Shown piece after piece: positions 17,046 to 27,977 of a stretch of DNA of 64,000 nucleotides. Position 1 is the first letter of the stretch, and the number at the start of each line of letters is the position of its first letter. The translations under genes were made by a program, and so were the position numbers. The notes beneath the pieces are model-generated. The model made no database searches. It worked only from the letters and a program-made list of their open reading frames with translations, and was not told the origin of the DNA. This DNA comes from Ruminococcus flavefaciens (GTDB lineage Bacteria; Bacillota; Clostridia; Oscillospirales; Ruminococcaceae): positions 47,470-111,469 of the forward strand of contig CACYSQ010000004.1 in assembly GCA_902777125.1 (NCBI GenBank), in the 5' to 3' direction.

Positions 17046-18401
17046 ATGGAAGACAATAATTTCTCGCTTTCCGCCTCTGAGCTGCCCCACAGCATAGAGG
17101 CGGAGCAATCAGTGATCGGTGCTATCCTCTCGGACCCCTCCGCACTTTCTGCTGTCATCGAGAAGATACGTCCCGAATATTTCTACAGTGAACAGCACAA
17201 GGCGATCTACTCAATAATCCTGCGAATGTTCACAAGCGGTCAGCCGGTCGATATCGTGACCGTTCTCAATGAAGCCGAAAAGCTCCACATCTTCGAGTCA
17301 AGCGCCGAGGGAAGGCGCTATCTTGCTGAAATAGGCAATACCCTCCCCTCAACTGCTAATATCGAGAGCTACTGCCGTATCGTTGCGGACAAATACTATA
17401 TCCGCAGTCTCGGCATCGCCGCCAAGATGATTCTCGAGGACATACAGTCCGGCGAACAGGACTCGGCGCTCCTCCTTGACGCTGCCGAACAGAAGATATA
17501 CGATATCCGTCAGGGACGCGATGTTCAGGGACTTATCCCCCTGAAAACTGCCATAACCGAGGCTTACGAAAGGCTCGGTGCTCTGAACGGTCCCGACCGC
17601 GACAAGTTCGTCGGCGCAAGGACCGGATTCACTCTCCTCGACAGCATAACCTCCGGTCTGAACAAATCGGACCTCATCATAATCGCTGCCCGTCCGGGTA
17701 TGGGAAAGACCTCGTTCGCCATGAACATTGCCACGAATGTCGCAAGGCGTTCCGGCGACAAGGAGGTCGTTACCTTCAACCTCGAAATGTCAAAGGAGCA
17801 GCTCGCGACCCGTATCCTCTCGACCGAGGCGCTCGTTGATTCCAACAGCCTCAGAAACGGCAGGATTAACGGCGAGGACTGGGTAAAGCTCGCTACAAGC
17901 GCCGGCTATCTAAGCACCCTGCCCCTCTATATCGACGATACCGCAAGCATGACGGTCCAGCAGATGAAGGCGAAGCTCCGCCGTACCAAGAACCTCGGGC
18001 TCGTCATCATCGACTACCTCCAGCTCATGGAATCCACCTCAAAATCGGACAACAGAGTTGTTGTAATATCCGAGATAACCCGTCAGCTCAAGGTCATGGC
18101 AAAAGAACTGAACGTCCCGGTGATACTGCTTTCGCAGCTCTCCCGTGCCGTTGAGGGACGTACCGACAAGCGCCCGATGCTCTCGGACCTCCGTGAATCA
18201 GGCTCTATCGAGCAGGACGCCGATATCGTGCTGTTCCTCTACCGCGACGCCTACTACAACAAGGAGAGCCAGCGTCAGAACATCTCGGAGTGCATCGTCG
18301 CCAAGAACCGTCACGGTGAGACCGGAACGGTCGAGCTGATATGGGACGGTCAGTACACGCGCTTCTCAAATCCCGAGTACAACACGCCTCCGGAGAACTG
18401 A
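17046..18401 (+). CDS. dnaB: Replicative DNA helicase
   Basis: LPHSIEAEQSVIG, AARPGMGKT, IDYLQLM, LSQLSR and DLRESGSIEQDAD; no intein visible. Confidence 0.97.
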   Translation: MEDNNFSLSASELPHSIEAEQSVIGAILSDPSALSAVIEKIRPEYFYSEQHKAIYSIILRMFTSGQPVDIVTVLNEAEKLHIFESSAEGRRYLAEIGNTLPSTANIESYCRIVADKYYIRSLGIAAKMILEDIQSGEQDSALLLDAAEQKIYDIRQGRDVQGLIPLKTAITEAYERLGALNGPDRDKFVGARTGFTLLDSITSGLNKSDLIIIAARPGMGKTSFAMNIATNVARRSGDKEVVTFNLEMSKEQLATRILSTEALVDSNSLRNGRINGEDWVKLATSAGYLSTLPLYIDDTASMTVQQMKAKLRRTKNLGLVIIDYLQLMESTSKSDNRVVVISEITRQLKVMAKELNVPVILLSQLSRAVEGRTDKRPMLSDLRESGSIEQDADIVLFLYRDAYYNKESQRQNISECIVAKNRHGETGTVELIWDGQYTRFSNPEYNTPPEN

Positions 18402-18402
18402 T

Positions 18403-19743
18403 ATGCTTACCGATAAGATACGCTCCCTCATAAGCGCCGAGAATATGCTGAGTACCGGAGACTGCGTTGTTTGCGGACTTTCCGGCGGTGCGGACAGTGT
18501 ATGTCTGCTGCTCGCGATGAAAGGTCTTGCGGAAGAGCTCGGCATAACCGTCGAGGCTCTCCATGTCAACCACTGTCTCAGAGGTGCGGAAAGCCAGCGC
18601 GATGAGGATTTCTGCCGTGAATTGTGCGGAAGGCTCGCCGTGCCGTTCACCGCTGTGTCGTGCGATGTCAAGGGCTTTGCGGAACAGCACTCCCTCTCCA
18701 CGGAGGAAGCCGCAAGAAAGCTCAGGTACGGCATTTTCGCGGAGTATTCGCAGGGAAAAAAGCTCGCAACAGCGCACAATGCTGACGACAACCTCGAAAC
18801 TATGATACTCAACCTCGTCCGGGGTACAGCTCTGAAAGGTCTTTCAGGCATACCTGCCGTCAGAGGGAACATAATCCGTCCCCTGCTGACCGTCACAAGG
18901 CGCGAAATAGAGAGCTTTCTCAGCGAACAGGGACAGTCCTTCGTCACCGACAGCACCAATCTCTCCGATGACTACACGCGGAACAAGATACGCCACAGGA
19001 TAGTCCCACTTCTCTGCGAGCTCAACCCCTCCACAGCCGTTACCGCTGCACGTTCAGCCGCCGCTCTAAGGGAGGAAAACGCCTTCATCGAAAGCGAGAC
19101 TGACCGCGCGGAGGCGGAATGCCGGTGCAGTAACACCTTCACGGGGCTTGCACGATATCCGGCTGTGATACGCAAGCGCTGTGCGGCAAGACTGCTCTCG
19201 GAAAATGCGGTGCCCTACTCCTGCGACAGGCTGTGTGCCGCTGATAAGCTGATAGTCGGCGGCGGAAAGCTCAATGTCAGCGGCGATAGATACCTCGTCT
19301 CCGACGGAAGGACATTCAGCCTTGAAACGATACCAGGAAGGACGGAAATACCTGAGCTTTCGGCAGAACTCGTCCCCGGCGCGAACAGCATCTTCCCGGA
19401 AAAAGAGCTCATCTGTGAGGTATTGCTTTGTGATAATTTGAAGAAAACTGAACCTGTTAACAAAATGTTAACATATTACCTGCTCGATTATGATAAAATA
19501 ATAGGCAGGACGGTCATAAGGAACCGCCGCAACGGGGACAGGATAAGGCTTGCCGGCAGAGATTTCACCTCGTCAGTGAAAAAACTCATCAACGAAAAAA
19601 TACCGGCTAAGGAAAGACCTCTCCTGCACTTTATCGAGGACGAATGCGGTACTATCCTCGCTGAGGGGTTAGGCATCGCCGACCGCGTAAGACCGGACGG
19701 CAGCACCCGCAGAGTCATGAAGATAACTATCAGGAATATTTAG
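18403..19743 (+). CDS. tilS: tRNA(Ile)-lysidine synthetase
   Basis: PP-loop SGGADS, HVNH.LRG, ARKLRY, TAHNADD, DSTN and RNKIRH motifs. Confidence 0.95.
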   Translation: MLTDKIRSLISAENMLSTGDCVVCGLSGGADSVCLLLAMKGLAEELGITVEALHVNHCLRGAESQRDEDFCRELCGRLAVPFTAVSCDVKGFAEQHSLSTEEAARKLRYGIFAEYSQGKKLATAHNADDNLETMILNLVRGTALKGLSGIPAVRGNIIRPLLTVTRREIESFLSEQGQSFVTDSTNLSDDYTRNKIRHRIVPLLCELNPSTAVTAARSAAALREENAFIESETDRAEAECRCSNTFTGLARYPAVIRKRCAARLLSENAVPYSCDRLCAADKLIVGGGKLNVSGDRYLVSDGRTFSLETIPGRTEIPELSAELVPGANSIFPEKELICEVLLCDNLKKTEPVNKMLTYYLLDYDKIIGRTVIRNRRNGDRIRLAGRDFTSSVKKLINEKIPAKERPLLHFIEDECGTILAEGLGIADRVRPDGSTRRVMKITIRNI

Positions 19744-19751
19744 CGAATGGA

Positions 19752-21683
19752 GTGGATAATTTGACACCAAGAAAAAACAGAGGTGTTCTTACTTACCTTA
19801 TAATCATTATAATCGCTATCGGCGCTATTTACCTCGTCAGCTCAAAGCTTGCAAAAAATGCCGATAAGACGAACTACAACGAGGTAATGGAGCACTTCGA
19901 CAACTACGAAGTCTCCTACTATGAGCTCGATCTCGGCTCGGGCGAGCTTACCTATAAGCTCCGCGGCGAGACCTCCAAGAAAAAGTACGAAGTCCCGAAT
20001 GTTTCCATATTCCTCGATGATACCGAGGACTACAGACAGGAATACAACAAGAAGTGGGCTGCAAAGGACGGCGAGGATTTCAAGCCCGTCGAGCAGAATT
20101 TCATAAAGATCAAGGACAGAACATGGCTCTATTCACTGATTCCTGTCCTCATCACCGTTATCCTCGGTATCGCTATCCTCTATTTCATGATGAAGCAGAC
20201 CGGCGGCGGCGGCAAGTACACCTCCTTCGGCAAGGCTAATCTCAAAAATCAGGCAAGCTCAAGAAAGGCTACCTTCAAGGACGTTGCCGGTGCTGACGAA
20301 GAAAAACAGGAGCTCGAGGAGATCGTTGACTTCCTCAAGCGTCCCACCAAATACAAGGACATCGGTGCTAAAGTTCCTAAGGGCGTTCTCCTTCTCGGAC
20401 CTCCCGGTACAGGTAAGACCCTCCTCGCAAGAGCTGTTGCCGGCGAGGCAGGCTGCCCGTTCTTCCCGATATCCGGTTCGGACTTCGTTGAGATGTTCGT
20501 CGGCGTCGGTGCATCGCGTGTAAGAGACCTTTTCGATCAGGCTAAGAAACACGCTCCGGCTATCATCTTCATCGACGAGATCGACGCTGTCGGACGTCAC
20601 AGAGGCGCAGGTCTCGGCGGCGGTCACGATGAACGTGAGCAGACGCTCAACCAGCTCCTCGTCGAAATGGACGGCTTTACCGGCAACGAAAGCGTTATCG
20701 TTATCGCTGCCACAAACCGCCGCGATATCCTCGATCCTGCTCTCCTCAGACCCGGTCGCTTCGACAGACAGATCGTCGTAGGCTATCCCGACGTCAAGGG
20801 ACGCGAGGAGATACTCCGTGTTCACGCTAAAAACAAGCCTCTCGGTCCCGATGTTGACCTCAGAGTCATCGCTCAGACCACTCAGGGCTTCACGGGTGCA
20901 GACCTCGAGAACCTCCTCAATGAGGCTGCTCTCCTTGCTGCAAGAGCTGACAGAATGGCTATCACCGAAAAGGATATCGAGGAAGCCACTATGAAAGTAA
21001 TTGCGGGTCCGGAGAAGAAGTCGCGTATCGTTACCGAACATGACAGGCGCGTTACCGCCTACCACGAATCAGGTCACGCTATCGCTGCCTATAACCTCCC
21101 CACTCAGGATAAGGTACATCAGGTAACGATAATTCAGCGCGGTATGGCTGCCGGTCTTACAGTTACCCGTCCCGATACGGACGACCAGCACGTTTCACGC
21201 AACCAGATGCGTGAGAGCATTATCATGCTTCTCGGAGGCAGAGTTGCTGAGGAGCTTATCCTCGATGACATCTGCACTGGCGCTTCCAACGATATCGAAC
21301 GCGCTACCTCGACTGCCCGCAATATGGTCACAAGGTACGGCTTCTCCAAGAAGCTCGGAACTGTGGTCTACGGCTCGGACAACGATGAGGTGTTCCTCGG
21401 CAAGGACTACGGTCACACAAGGAACTACAGCGAGGCTGTTGCCGCACAGATCGACGAGGAGGTCAAGACCATCATCGAAAAGGCTTACGCTGACTGTGCC
21501 GATATCCTCAGGAAGAACCTTGACAAGCTTCATCTTCTCGCAAAGTATCTGCTTAAATATGAGAAGATCGACGGTCCTGACTTTGAAAGGCTCATGCGCG
21601 GTGAGATCGGAGAGGACGTCCTCATTGACGTTCCCGCTGCTGAAGAGCAGACCGGTGAAGCAACTGACACTGAACAGGAATAA
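19752..21683 (+). CDS. ftsH: ATP-dependent zinc metalloprotease FtsH
   Basis: Two TMs, [24 protein letters not shown] and HESGH. Confidence 0.97.
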   Translation: MDNLTPRKNRGVLTYLIIIIIAIGAIYLVSSKLAKNADKTNYNEVMEHFDNYEVSYYELDLGSGELTYKLRGETSKKKYEVPNVSIFLDDTEDYRQEYNKKWAAKDGEDFKPVEQNFIKIKDRTWLYSLIPVLITVILGIAILYFMMKQTGGGGKYTSFGKANLKNQASSRKATFKDVAGADEEKQELEEIVDFLKRPTKYKDIGAKVPKGVLLLGPPGTGKTLLARAVAGEAGCPFFPISGSDFVEMFVGVGASRVRDLFDQAKKHAPAIIFIDEIDAVGRHRGAGLGGGHDEREQTLNQLLVEMDGFTGNESVIVIAATNRRDILDPALLRPGRFDRQIVVGYPDVKGREEILRVHAKNKPLGPDVDLRVIAQTTQGFTGADLENLLNEAALLAARADRMAITEKDIEEATMKVIAGPEKKSRIVTEHDRRVTAYHESGHAIAAYNLPTQDKVHQVTIIQRGMAAGLTVTRPDTDDQHVSRNQMRESIIMLLGGRVAEELILDDICTGASNDIERATSTARNMVTRYGFSKKLGTVVYGSDNDEVFLGKDYGHTRNYSEAVAAQIDEEVKTIIEKAYADCADILRKNLDKLHLLAKYLLKYEKIDGPDFERLMRGEIGEDVLIDVPAAEEQTGEATDTEQE

Positions 21684-21690
21684 TACTGCC

Positions 21691-21720
21691 AAGGCTGCTG
21701 CATGATGCGGCAGCCTTTTA
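21691..21720 (+). terminator. Intrinsic terminator after ftsH
   Basis: AAGGCTGCTGCA/TGCGGCAGCCTT stem followed by TTTATTT. Confidence 0.8.
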
Positions 21721-21750
21721 TTTGAGGCTTAATACTCTTTGGAGGAATAA

Positions 21751-22167
21751 ATGAACACCACTGATCTTATCCTATGTGCCGTGGCTGCCGCGGCACTCGA
21801 TATATGCGCCATGGTGCTGATACTCTCGGCTTACATTGACAGGAAGCCGGGAAAGCGCTACTGGAAGAACATGACCGGAGGTATGGAGCTCGCAGAACCC
21901 GGTGCTTCATTCCCTCTCGGCTGCGATGAGCTCATCATCGGCAGACACGCTTCCGCGGACATAAGACTGCCGGATATCTCGGTCTCACGCTATCACGCGC
22001 TGCTGACAGTCTCAAAGGGCTTGTGGACGATAACCGACATCGGCTCGAAATCCGGCCTGTATATAAACGGCAACCTTGTGAAAAATGCTGTTCTCCGTGA
22101 AAATGACGTCGTTTCCATAGGCTCTCACAGGCTCGTTTTCAGAAAAAGGAGGGAGAAAAATGAATAA
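21751..22167 (+). CDS. Membrane-anchored FHA-domain protein
   Basis: N-terminal TM; IIGRH...VSRYHA...ITDIGSKSGLYING FHA pattern. Confidence 0.88.
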   Translation: MNTTDLILCAVAAAALDICAMVLILSAYIDRKPGKRYWKNMTGGMELAEPGASFPLGCDELIIGRHASADIRLPDISVSRYHALLTVSKGLWTITDIGSKSGLYINGNLVKNAVLRENDVVSIGSHRLVFRKRREKNE

Positions 22168-23455
22168 CCCGGTTTCTTACGTTTTCTCCTGCCTTTTCGT
22201 GCTCATAGCTCACGGCGCAATGCTTGCAAACGTTTTCATCAACGGCAGCTATGACTCCGTTTCGCAGCCTGTCGTTCTTGCGGCGGCAGTCCTCCTGCTC
22301 GATGTTGCCTACTTCATAATCATGCTTTTCTTCCGGCAGACCTCATACGCGGTGGATTTCCTGCTGATACTCGTCCTGAACATGAGTGTTATCTTCCAGT
22401 CGTGCTTCGGAGGGATACATTTCTCGGTCAAGCACTACATCACCGCGATAGTTGCACTTGCTGCCTGCCGCGGAGGCTATCTCCTCTGCCGGGACTACAA
22501 ATGGCTCCAGACAAAGCGCAGATACATCTACGCGGGCGTAGGCATCTGCATGGTGCTGATACTCACTCTCACAGGCAGCAGAAGTATGTGGATATCCATT
22601 GGCTCGTCAACGATCCAGCCCTCGGAGTTCATGAAGCCGCTGTTCGTGCTTGCCTGTGCGACCTCCGTTACCGAGCAGCTCAACAAGAAAAAGGTGCTCA
22701 TATTCAACGTCGTTTACGAGAACCTCGCACTGTTCGGACTCATGCTCGCAATATGCCTCCTGCAATGGTGGTGCCGCGACCTCGGAAGCCTCCCGACCTT
22801 CATGGGAATATACATCAGCGGTTTTCTGCTCAGGATATGCTACCCCAAGGCAAAGCTCTCGAAAAAGACCTTCGCATTTGCCGGTGCAGCCCTGCTTGCT
22901 GCTGCGATAATCGCTATGAGAATGGCACCGGACTACGTTCAGCAACGTCTTCACTCCGATATATGGAATGACGTGAACGGCGACGGCTACCAGCAGTCCC
23001 AAGCACTCATAGGCATCGCTAACGGCGGCTGGATAGGCACGGGTCCCGGACGCGGCGACCTATGCAATGTTTTCGCTCACGACAACGATATCGTTTTCGC
23101 AACTGTTTGCGAGGAATGGGGACTTCTCTATGCCCTCATGATGATATTCGTCCTGCTCATAATGATGGCTGTTCCGCTTATAGTTCCGCCGCGTTCGTAC
23201 TACCACGGTACGATGGCTGCCGGAGTATGCGCCGCATTCACAGTCCAGACAGCCCTCAACATCTTCGGCTCATGCAACATGATACCGTTCACAGGTGTCA
23301 CTATACCGTTCATATCCTCGGGAGGAAGCTCAATGCTCGTCAGCGGCTTCATGGCTGGTATGCTCATTGCGGCGATATCCCCCAAGCTCGATGAACCTCC
23401 GCGGAGAATGAAAATGCCTGTCCGTCCGCAGCGTCCAAGGAGGTATCCGGCATGA
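22160..23455 (+). CDS. SEDS family protein (FtsW/RodA/SpoVE)
   Basis: IQPSEFMK, RDLGS, GYQQSQAL, HDNDIVFA..CEEWG and TGVTIPFISSGGSS. Confidence 0.92.
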   Translation: MNNPVSYVFSCLFVLIAHGAMLANVFINGSYDSVSQPVVLAAAVLLLDVAYFIIMLFFRQTSYAVDFLLILVLNMSVIFQSCFGGIHFSVKHYITAIVALAACRGGYLLCRDYKWLQTKRRYIYAGVGICMVLILTLTGSRSMWISIGSSTIQPSEFMKPLFVLACATSVTEQLNKKKVLIFNVVYENLALFGLMLAICLLQWWCRDLGSLPTFMGIYISGFLLRICYPKAKLSKKTFAFAGAALLAAAIIAMRMAPDYVQQRLHSDIWNDVNGDGYQQSQALIGIANGGWIGTGPGRGDLCNVFAHDNDIVFATVCEEWGLLYALMMIFVLLIMMAVPLIVPPRSYYHGTMAAGVCAAFTVQTALNIFGSCNMIPFTGVTIPFISSGGSSMLVSGFMAGMLIAAISPKLDEPPRRMKMPVRPQRPRRYPA

Positions 23456-24828
23456 AGAGCATAAGAAGATGTCAGCACATTATCAGTCTTTTCCTTGTAT
23501 TCTTCATCGCAGGCATGACTATCCTCGTTTTCAAGATACAGCGTGAAGCTCCCTTCTACATGATGAATTCCGATGAGCACAGGCTCGGCATGGTCTACGA
23601 CAGAAACGGTGACGTTCTATTCGACGGCACTCTCGAGGAGGGCGACACAAGCAAGTACCCATACGGTCACTTCATCGACGTCGGAAACATCATCGGCGAT
23701 GACAAGGGACAGATGTCCAACACGCTCGTTGCTAAGAATATCGAAAAGCTCAACAATTACAGCTTCTCGGAAGGACTTGTCAACGAGGGCGGCAAGGCTG
23801 CAATATATACTACCCTAGACCACAAGGCAAATCAGGCGGTCTACAACTCCTTCATGGGCAATGACGGCTGTGCTGTAGCCTACAATTACGTCACAGGCGA
23901 GGTGCTCGTCTGCACGAGCCTCCCCTCCCTCGATATCACGCAGGGCTACGCTAATATCAACAGCTTCCGCAGCGGTACTCTCATATCAAAGACGCTTTGC
24001 GGGACTGTTCCCGGCTCAACACAGAAGGTCTCGACAGTCCTTTCGGCACTCGAGATAATGGGTCCGGACAGACTGCTCTCCAAGAGCTTCACCTGCACCG
24101 GAAAATACACCAACAAGAGCGGCAAGGAGATAGACTGCCATGAGCTTTACGGCCATGGTACGCTCAACCTCCAGCAGGCTGTCGAAAAAAGCTGCAATCC
24201 TTTCTTCGCACAGCTCATAGAGGACGATGACCTCCCGCTGAACCGCCTTATCTCTATGTACAGGAAGCTCGGCTATGCTGTGAACGGCGAGGATATGGAC
24301 TATATCAGCATCGACGGTATCGAGTGCGAGACCGCCTCGACTACTCTCACCGACCCTTACGACTTCCAGACACAGTGGGGCTGCATAGGTCAGGGCGATA
24401 CGCTCGTCAGCCCGATACAACTCATGATGTGGCAGAGTGCCATTGCCAACGGAACAGGCAAAATGACTATGCCGCACCTTATAAGCAAGGTCACGAACGT
24501 CAAGGGCAAGGTCTCCGAGACTGCCTCCACAAGGCACTCAAAACGGCTTTTCTCTGAGGATACCGCACATACAATGCGGCAGATACTCACTACCAACGGC
24601 ACAAACAATTACGCCTACCTCATTTACGGCTACGACCTCGGCATCAAGAGTGGTACAGCACAGGTCGAGGAGGGCAACAAGGAAAATTCCCTGCTTGTAG
24701 GCTTCGTGGACGATGAAGACTTCCCGATAGCGTTCTGCGTAGTCCTCGAGGACAGGAACAGTACCTCCCTCAAGCCCGAGCAGATAGTCAAGGTCATGCT
24801 CGACCAGCTTTCCGCTGACAAGAATTGA
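23452..24828 (+). CDS. Class B-like penicillin-binding protein (transpeptidase)
   Basis: SxxK (GSTQK), SxN (KSCN) and KSG (IKSGTA) active-site motifs; N-terminal TM. Confidence 0.9.
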   Translation: MKSIRRCQHIISLFLVFFIAGMTILVFKIQREAPFYMMNSDEHRLGMVYDRNGDVLFDGTLEEGDTSKYPYGHFIDVGNIIGDDKGQMSNTLVAKNIEKLNNYSFSEGLVNEGGKAAIYTTLDHKANQAVYNSFMGNDGCAVAYNYVTGEVLVCTSLPSLDITQGYANINSFRSGTLISKTLCGTVPGSTQKVSTVLSALEIMGPDRLLSKSFTCTGKYTNKSGKEIDCHELYGHGTLNLQQAVEKSCNPFFAQLIEDDDLPLNRLISMYRKLGYAVNGEDMDYISIDGIECETASTTLTDPYDFQTQWGCIGQGDTLVSPIQLMMWQSAIANGTGKMTMPHLISKVTNVKGKVSETASTRHSKRLFSEDTAHTMRQILTTNGTNNYAYLIYGYDLGIKSGTAQVEEGNKENSLLVGFVDDEDFPIAFCVVLEDRNSTSLKPEQIVKVMLDQLSADKN

Positions 24829-24895
24829 TACCTGTAATATTTAACAAATATCAGTATTAATATTTGTGAATATCGACAAAGTTGACAAAAAGTGC

Positions 24896-24924
24896 TTGTA
24901 TATTTTTCAAAGTAATGGTATAAT
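24896..24924 (+). promoter_or_regulatory. hpf promoter
   Basis: TTGTAT-17 bp-TATAAT with TG extension. Confidence 0.7.
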
Positions 24925-24975
24925 ATAACCATAAAGCTATGCTTTAGCTTTGCTAAGGCTTAAAGGAGGACCACT

Positions 24976-25503
24976 ATGAAAACAACTATCACAGCCAAAA
25001 AAATGCAGATACCTCAGAACTTCACAGAATACGCAGAAAAAAGGATCGACTCACGCCTCGGAAAATTCTTCGGCGATGACGCTGACGCAAAGATCGTTCT
25101 CGCAGAGGTCAGAACTCAGATCGAGCTCGAGCTCACAGTAAAGTATAACAGCATGATCTTCCGTGCAGAACGCTCTGCCGAGGACAAATATGTCGCACTC
25201 GACGACGCAATAGATAAGATCATCAGACAGATCAGAAAGAACAAGACCAAGGTCGAGAAAAAGCTCAAGGATACCGCCTTCAAGGAGGCTTTCGCCTATC
25301 CTGTGCCTGAGACCGTTGACTACGAGATCGTTAAGCATAAGAAGTTCAAGCTCCGTCCTATGGCAGTCGAGGAGGCTATCCTCCAGATGAATATGCTCGA
25401 CCACGAGTTCTTCATGTTCACAAATGCTGAAACAGGTCTCATCAACGTTGTCTACAAGCGTGACGACGGCAATTATTCAGTTCTCGAACCGGATAACGGC
25501 TGA
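24976..25503 (+). CDS. hpf: Ribosome hibernation promoting factor (long HPF)
   Basis: S30AE domain plus C-terminal KKFKLRPMAVEEAILQMNMLDHEFFMF..NVVYKRDDG. Confidence 0.95.
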   Translation: MKTTITAKKMQIPQNFTEYAEKRIDSRLGKFFGDDADAKIVLAEVRTQIELELTVKYNSMIFRAERSAEDKYVALDDAIDKIIRQIRKNKTKVEKKLKDTAFKEAFAYPVPETVDYEIVKHKKFKLRPMAVEEAILQMNMLDHEFFMFTNAETGLINVVYKRDDGNYSVLEPDNG

Positions 25504-25535
25504 TCGCATCAGATGAAAGATCAACTATAATTTCA

Positions 25536-25566
25536 AGCTATGCCGGACTTCTTGTCCGGCATAAGC
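25536..25566 (+). terminator. Strong hairpin after hpf (terminator or mRNA stabiliser)
   Basis: TATGCCGGAC/GTCCGGCATA stem; no clear U tract. Confidence 0.5.
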
Positions 25567-25585
25567 ATTAATTCAGGAGGTTATC

Positions 25586-26257
25586 ATGGATATCAACAAA
25601 AAAACTGCTATTGAAAAGCGGATCATGGCTGTGGGCGAAAAGCTCCGCAAAAACAACATGGAATTCTACTACGCGGAAAACGCCTCCGACGTCCGCGGGA
25701 TAGTCGAGAGCCTTATCAAGGAGGGTGACACTGTTACTCACGGCGGCTCTGTCAGCATGGCTGAATGTGGCATCAGGGAGCTTCTGAACTCCGGAAAGTA
25801 CAACTACCTCGACCGTTCAAAGGCTGCAACTCCCGAGGAGACCTTAGCTGTTTACCGTGCCGCTTTTTCGGCTGACGTTTACATATCCAGCGCCAATGCT
25901 ATAACGGACGACGGCGTTCTCTACAATGTTGACGGCAACAGCAACAGGATCGCCGCTATCGCATTCGGTCCCTCATCAGTCATAATCATCGCAGGCTATA
26001 ACAAGCTCGTCCACGACCTCAAAGAGGCTGAAACAAGGGTGAAAACTGCTGCTGCACCGCCGAACTGCGTCCGTCTCTCCTGCGATACCTACTGCAAGGA
26101 AAAGGGCGAGTGCGTTTCCCTCCAGAAGGGCGACCACCAGATCTATGACGGCTGCTCAGGTGACGGCAGGATATGCTGCAACTACCTCATATCCGCACAG
26201 CAGCGCCACAAGGGACGCATTAAGGTGATACTCGTCGGCGAAGAACTCGGCTTCTGA
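25586..26257 (+). CDS. LUD-domain (lactate utilization C/YkgG-like) protein with Cys-rich insert
   Basis: GGSVS, SANAIT.DG.LYNVDGNSNRIAA..FGP, GYNKLV and a C-terminal multi-Cys cluster. Confidence 0.85.
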   Translation: MDINKKTAIEKRIMAVGEKLRKNNMEFYYAENASDVRGIVESLIKEGDTVTHGGSVSMAECGIRELLNSGKYNYLDRSKAATPEETLAVYRAAFSADVYISSANAITDDGVLYNVDGNSNRIAAIAFGPSSVIIIAGYNKLVHDLKEAETRVKTAAAPPNCVRLSCDTYCKEKGECVSLQKGDHQIYDGCSGDGRICCNYLISAQQRHKGRIKVILVGEELGF

Positions 26258-26268
26258 GGACATCGGAC

Positions 26269-27975
26269 ATGAAGAAAAGAATTACAGCTCTATTCCTTGC
26301 CATTATCACGCTCTCCTCGGCAGGCTGCTCGTCCGGAAGTCAAAGCAGCTCCACCGGAAACATTGATGACTTTATTCAGAACATCACAGAGGAGGATACG
26401 ACCTCCCCTGTCACTACCGCAAAGACCACAACCAAAAAAGTCACCACTTCCAAGCCCGTGACGACAACTCAGCCTGCAACCGAAAAGCCCACTGAGCCGC
26501 CGTCCGTGAATGTCGGCTCAATGCCGGTGCTGTCCATCACGACCGAGAAAACCGGTCCGAAAGCTCTTGATTTCGTAAAATATCCGGTAGCCTCCCATGT
26601 GTCGAAAGCCATTGCTTCGTGGACACCGGGCTACATTATCCCCGACGAGCCGTATTACGAGGCTTGCACCATTTCTGCAACCGGCACTGACAGCAAGCTC
26701 CAGCTCGACAGGGTCAAGGCTGAGGTAAAGGTCAGAGGCAACTGGACAACAAGCTACGACAAGAAGCCGCTCCGTATAAAATTCGAGAAAAAACAAAACC
26801 TTCTTGGTCTCAACGACGGTGCTGAATTCAAGAACTGGGTGCTTCTGGCGGAGTACAAGGATTACTCCATGCTCCGAAACAAGACTGCCCTTGCGATATC
26901 ACGGGAAATCCTCGGCAAGGACGGGCTCTATGCAGCCGATGCCGAGCTGGTAGAGGTCTACATCAACGGCGAATACTGGGGAGTTTACCTCCTGACAGAG
27001 TTCCAGCAGGTCAACCACGACCGCGTTGATATAACCGAGCCCGACAAGAACTATACCGGTACTGATATCGGCTATTTCCTTGAATACGACGGCTACTACT
27101 CCAATGAGGACGCGCTCCATAGCTTCCTCCCGGATTATCACGGGAACGCTGCGCTTGTACCCTATGACGGCAAAGACGGCAGCGACCAAGAGATACAGTG
27201 TCTCAATGACGGCAGCGATCGCTACAAGAGCGATGCCGGAATAACCATAAAGAGCAAGATCAATTCCCCGGAGCAGAGGGAGTTCATCGAGAACTACATC
27301 AACGGCGTTTACGCTATCATGTACAACGCGGCATATTACGGTGTGTCTTACACCTTCACCGACGATAAAAAGACTATCCGTGAGGCAGAGGATATGTCCA
27401 CGGAGGACGCCGTGAGAGCAGTTGTTGACGTAGATTCGCTTGCCGATACCTATATCCTCAATGAGCTTTTCTGCGATGCCGACCTCTACTGGTCAAGCTT
27501 CTTCATGGACGTTGACTTCGGCAAAAGCGGAAACGGCAAGCTGAGATTTGAGGCTCCGTGGGACTTCGATTCCGCTCTCGGAAACAAGGTCGGACGCATA
27601 GAGAACGGCAAGGGCTTCTATGCCGCAAACATCCTCTCAGACGTCAACGATACCTATACCACCATTAATCCGTGGCTGGCTGTGCTGATGTACGAGGACT
27701 GGTTCCAGAAGCTCATCAAGGAGAAGTGGACCGCCGCCTATGAGGACGGTGTCTTCGACCGCGCACTCGTCGCCATTAAAAATGACAAAAAGGTTCATAA
27801 GCAGGCGTTCGCGAACAACTACAGCCTGTGGAAAAACAATACCCCCAAAAGTGCCGTGAGCCAAGAGCTTTGCAGGGCTGCACTCTATTGCAGCACCGAG
27901 GAGGAGGCAGCCGATTATCTTTCAAAATGGCTGAAAACCCGCATCGAATTCATGAATTCACAGTGGCATAAATAA
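26269..27975 (+). CDS. CotH-family kinase lipoprotein
   Basis: Lipobox SAGC, Thr/Pro-rich linker, VRGNWT, KKPLRIKF, WVLLAEYKDYSMLRN, YINGEYWGVY and PWDFD motifs. Confidence 0.85.
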   Translation: MKKRITALFLAIITLSSAGCSSGSQSSSTGNIDDFIQNITEEDTTSPVTTAKTTTKKVTTSKPVTTTQPATEKPTEPPSVNVGSMPVLSITTEKTGPKALDFVKYPVASHVSKAIASWTPGYIIPDEPYYEACTISATGTDSKLQLDRVKAEVKVRGNWTTSYDKKPLRIKFEKKQNLLGLNDGAEFKNWVLLAEYKDYSMLRNKTALAISREILGKDGLYAADAELVEVYINGEYWGVYLLTEFQQVNHDRVDITEPDKNYTGTDIGYFLEYDGYYSNEDALHSFLPDYHGNAALVPYDGKDGSDQEIQCLNDGSDRYKSDAGITIKSKINSPEQREFIENYINGVYAIMYNAAYYGVSYTFTDDKKTIREAEDMSTEDAVRAVVDVDSLADTYILNELFCDADLYWSSFFMDVDFGKSGNGKLRFEAPWDFDSALGNKVGRIENGKGFYAANILSDVNDTYTTINPWLAVLMYEDWFQKLIKEKWTAAYEDGVFDRALVAIKNDKKVHKQAFANNYSLWKNNTPKSAVSQELCRAALYCSTEEEAADYLSKWLKTRIEFMNSQWHK

Positions 27976-27977
27976 AC

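Noticed and set aside
24862-24882. TTTGTGAATATCGACAAA upstream of hpf as a Rex box
   Set aside because: The right half-site and spacing do not fit TTGTGAA-N4-TTCACAA.
26395-26500. Thr/Pro-rich low-complexity tracts (also about 2540-2590 and 62850-62940)
   Set aside because: Ordinary linker-coding sequence, not tandem DNA repeats or CRISPR-like arrays.
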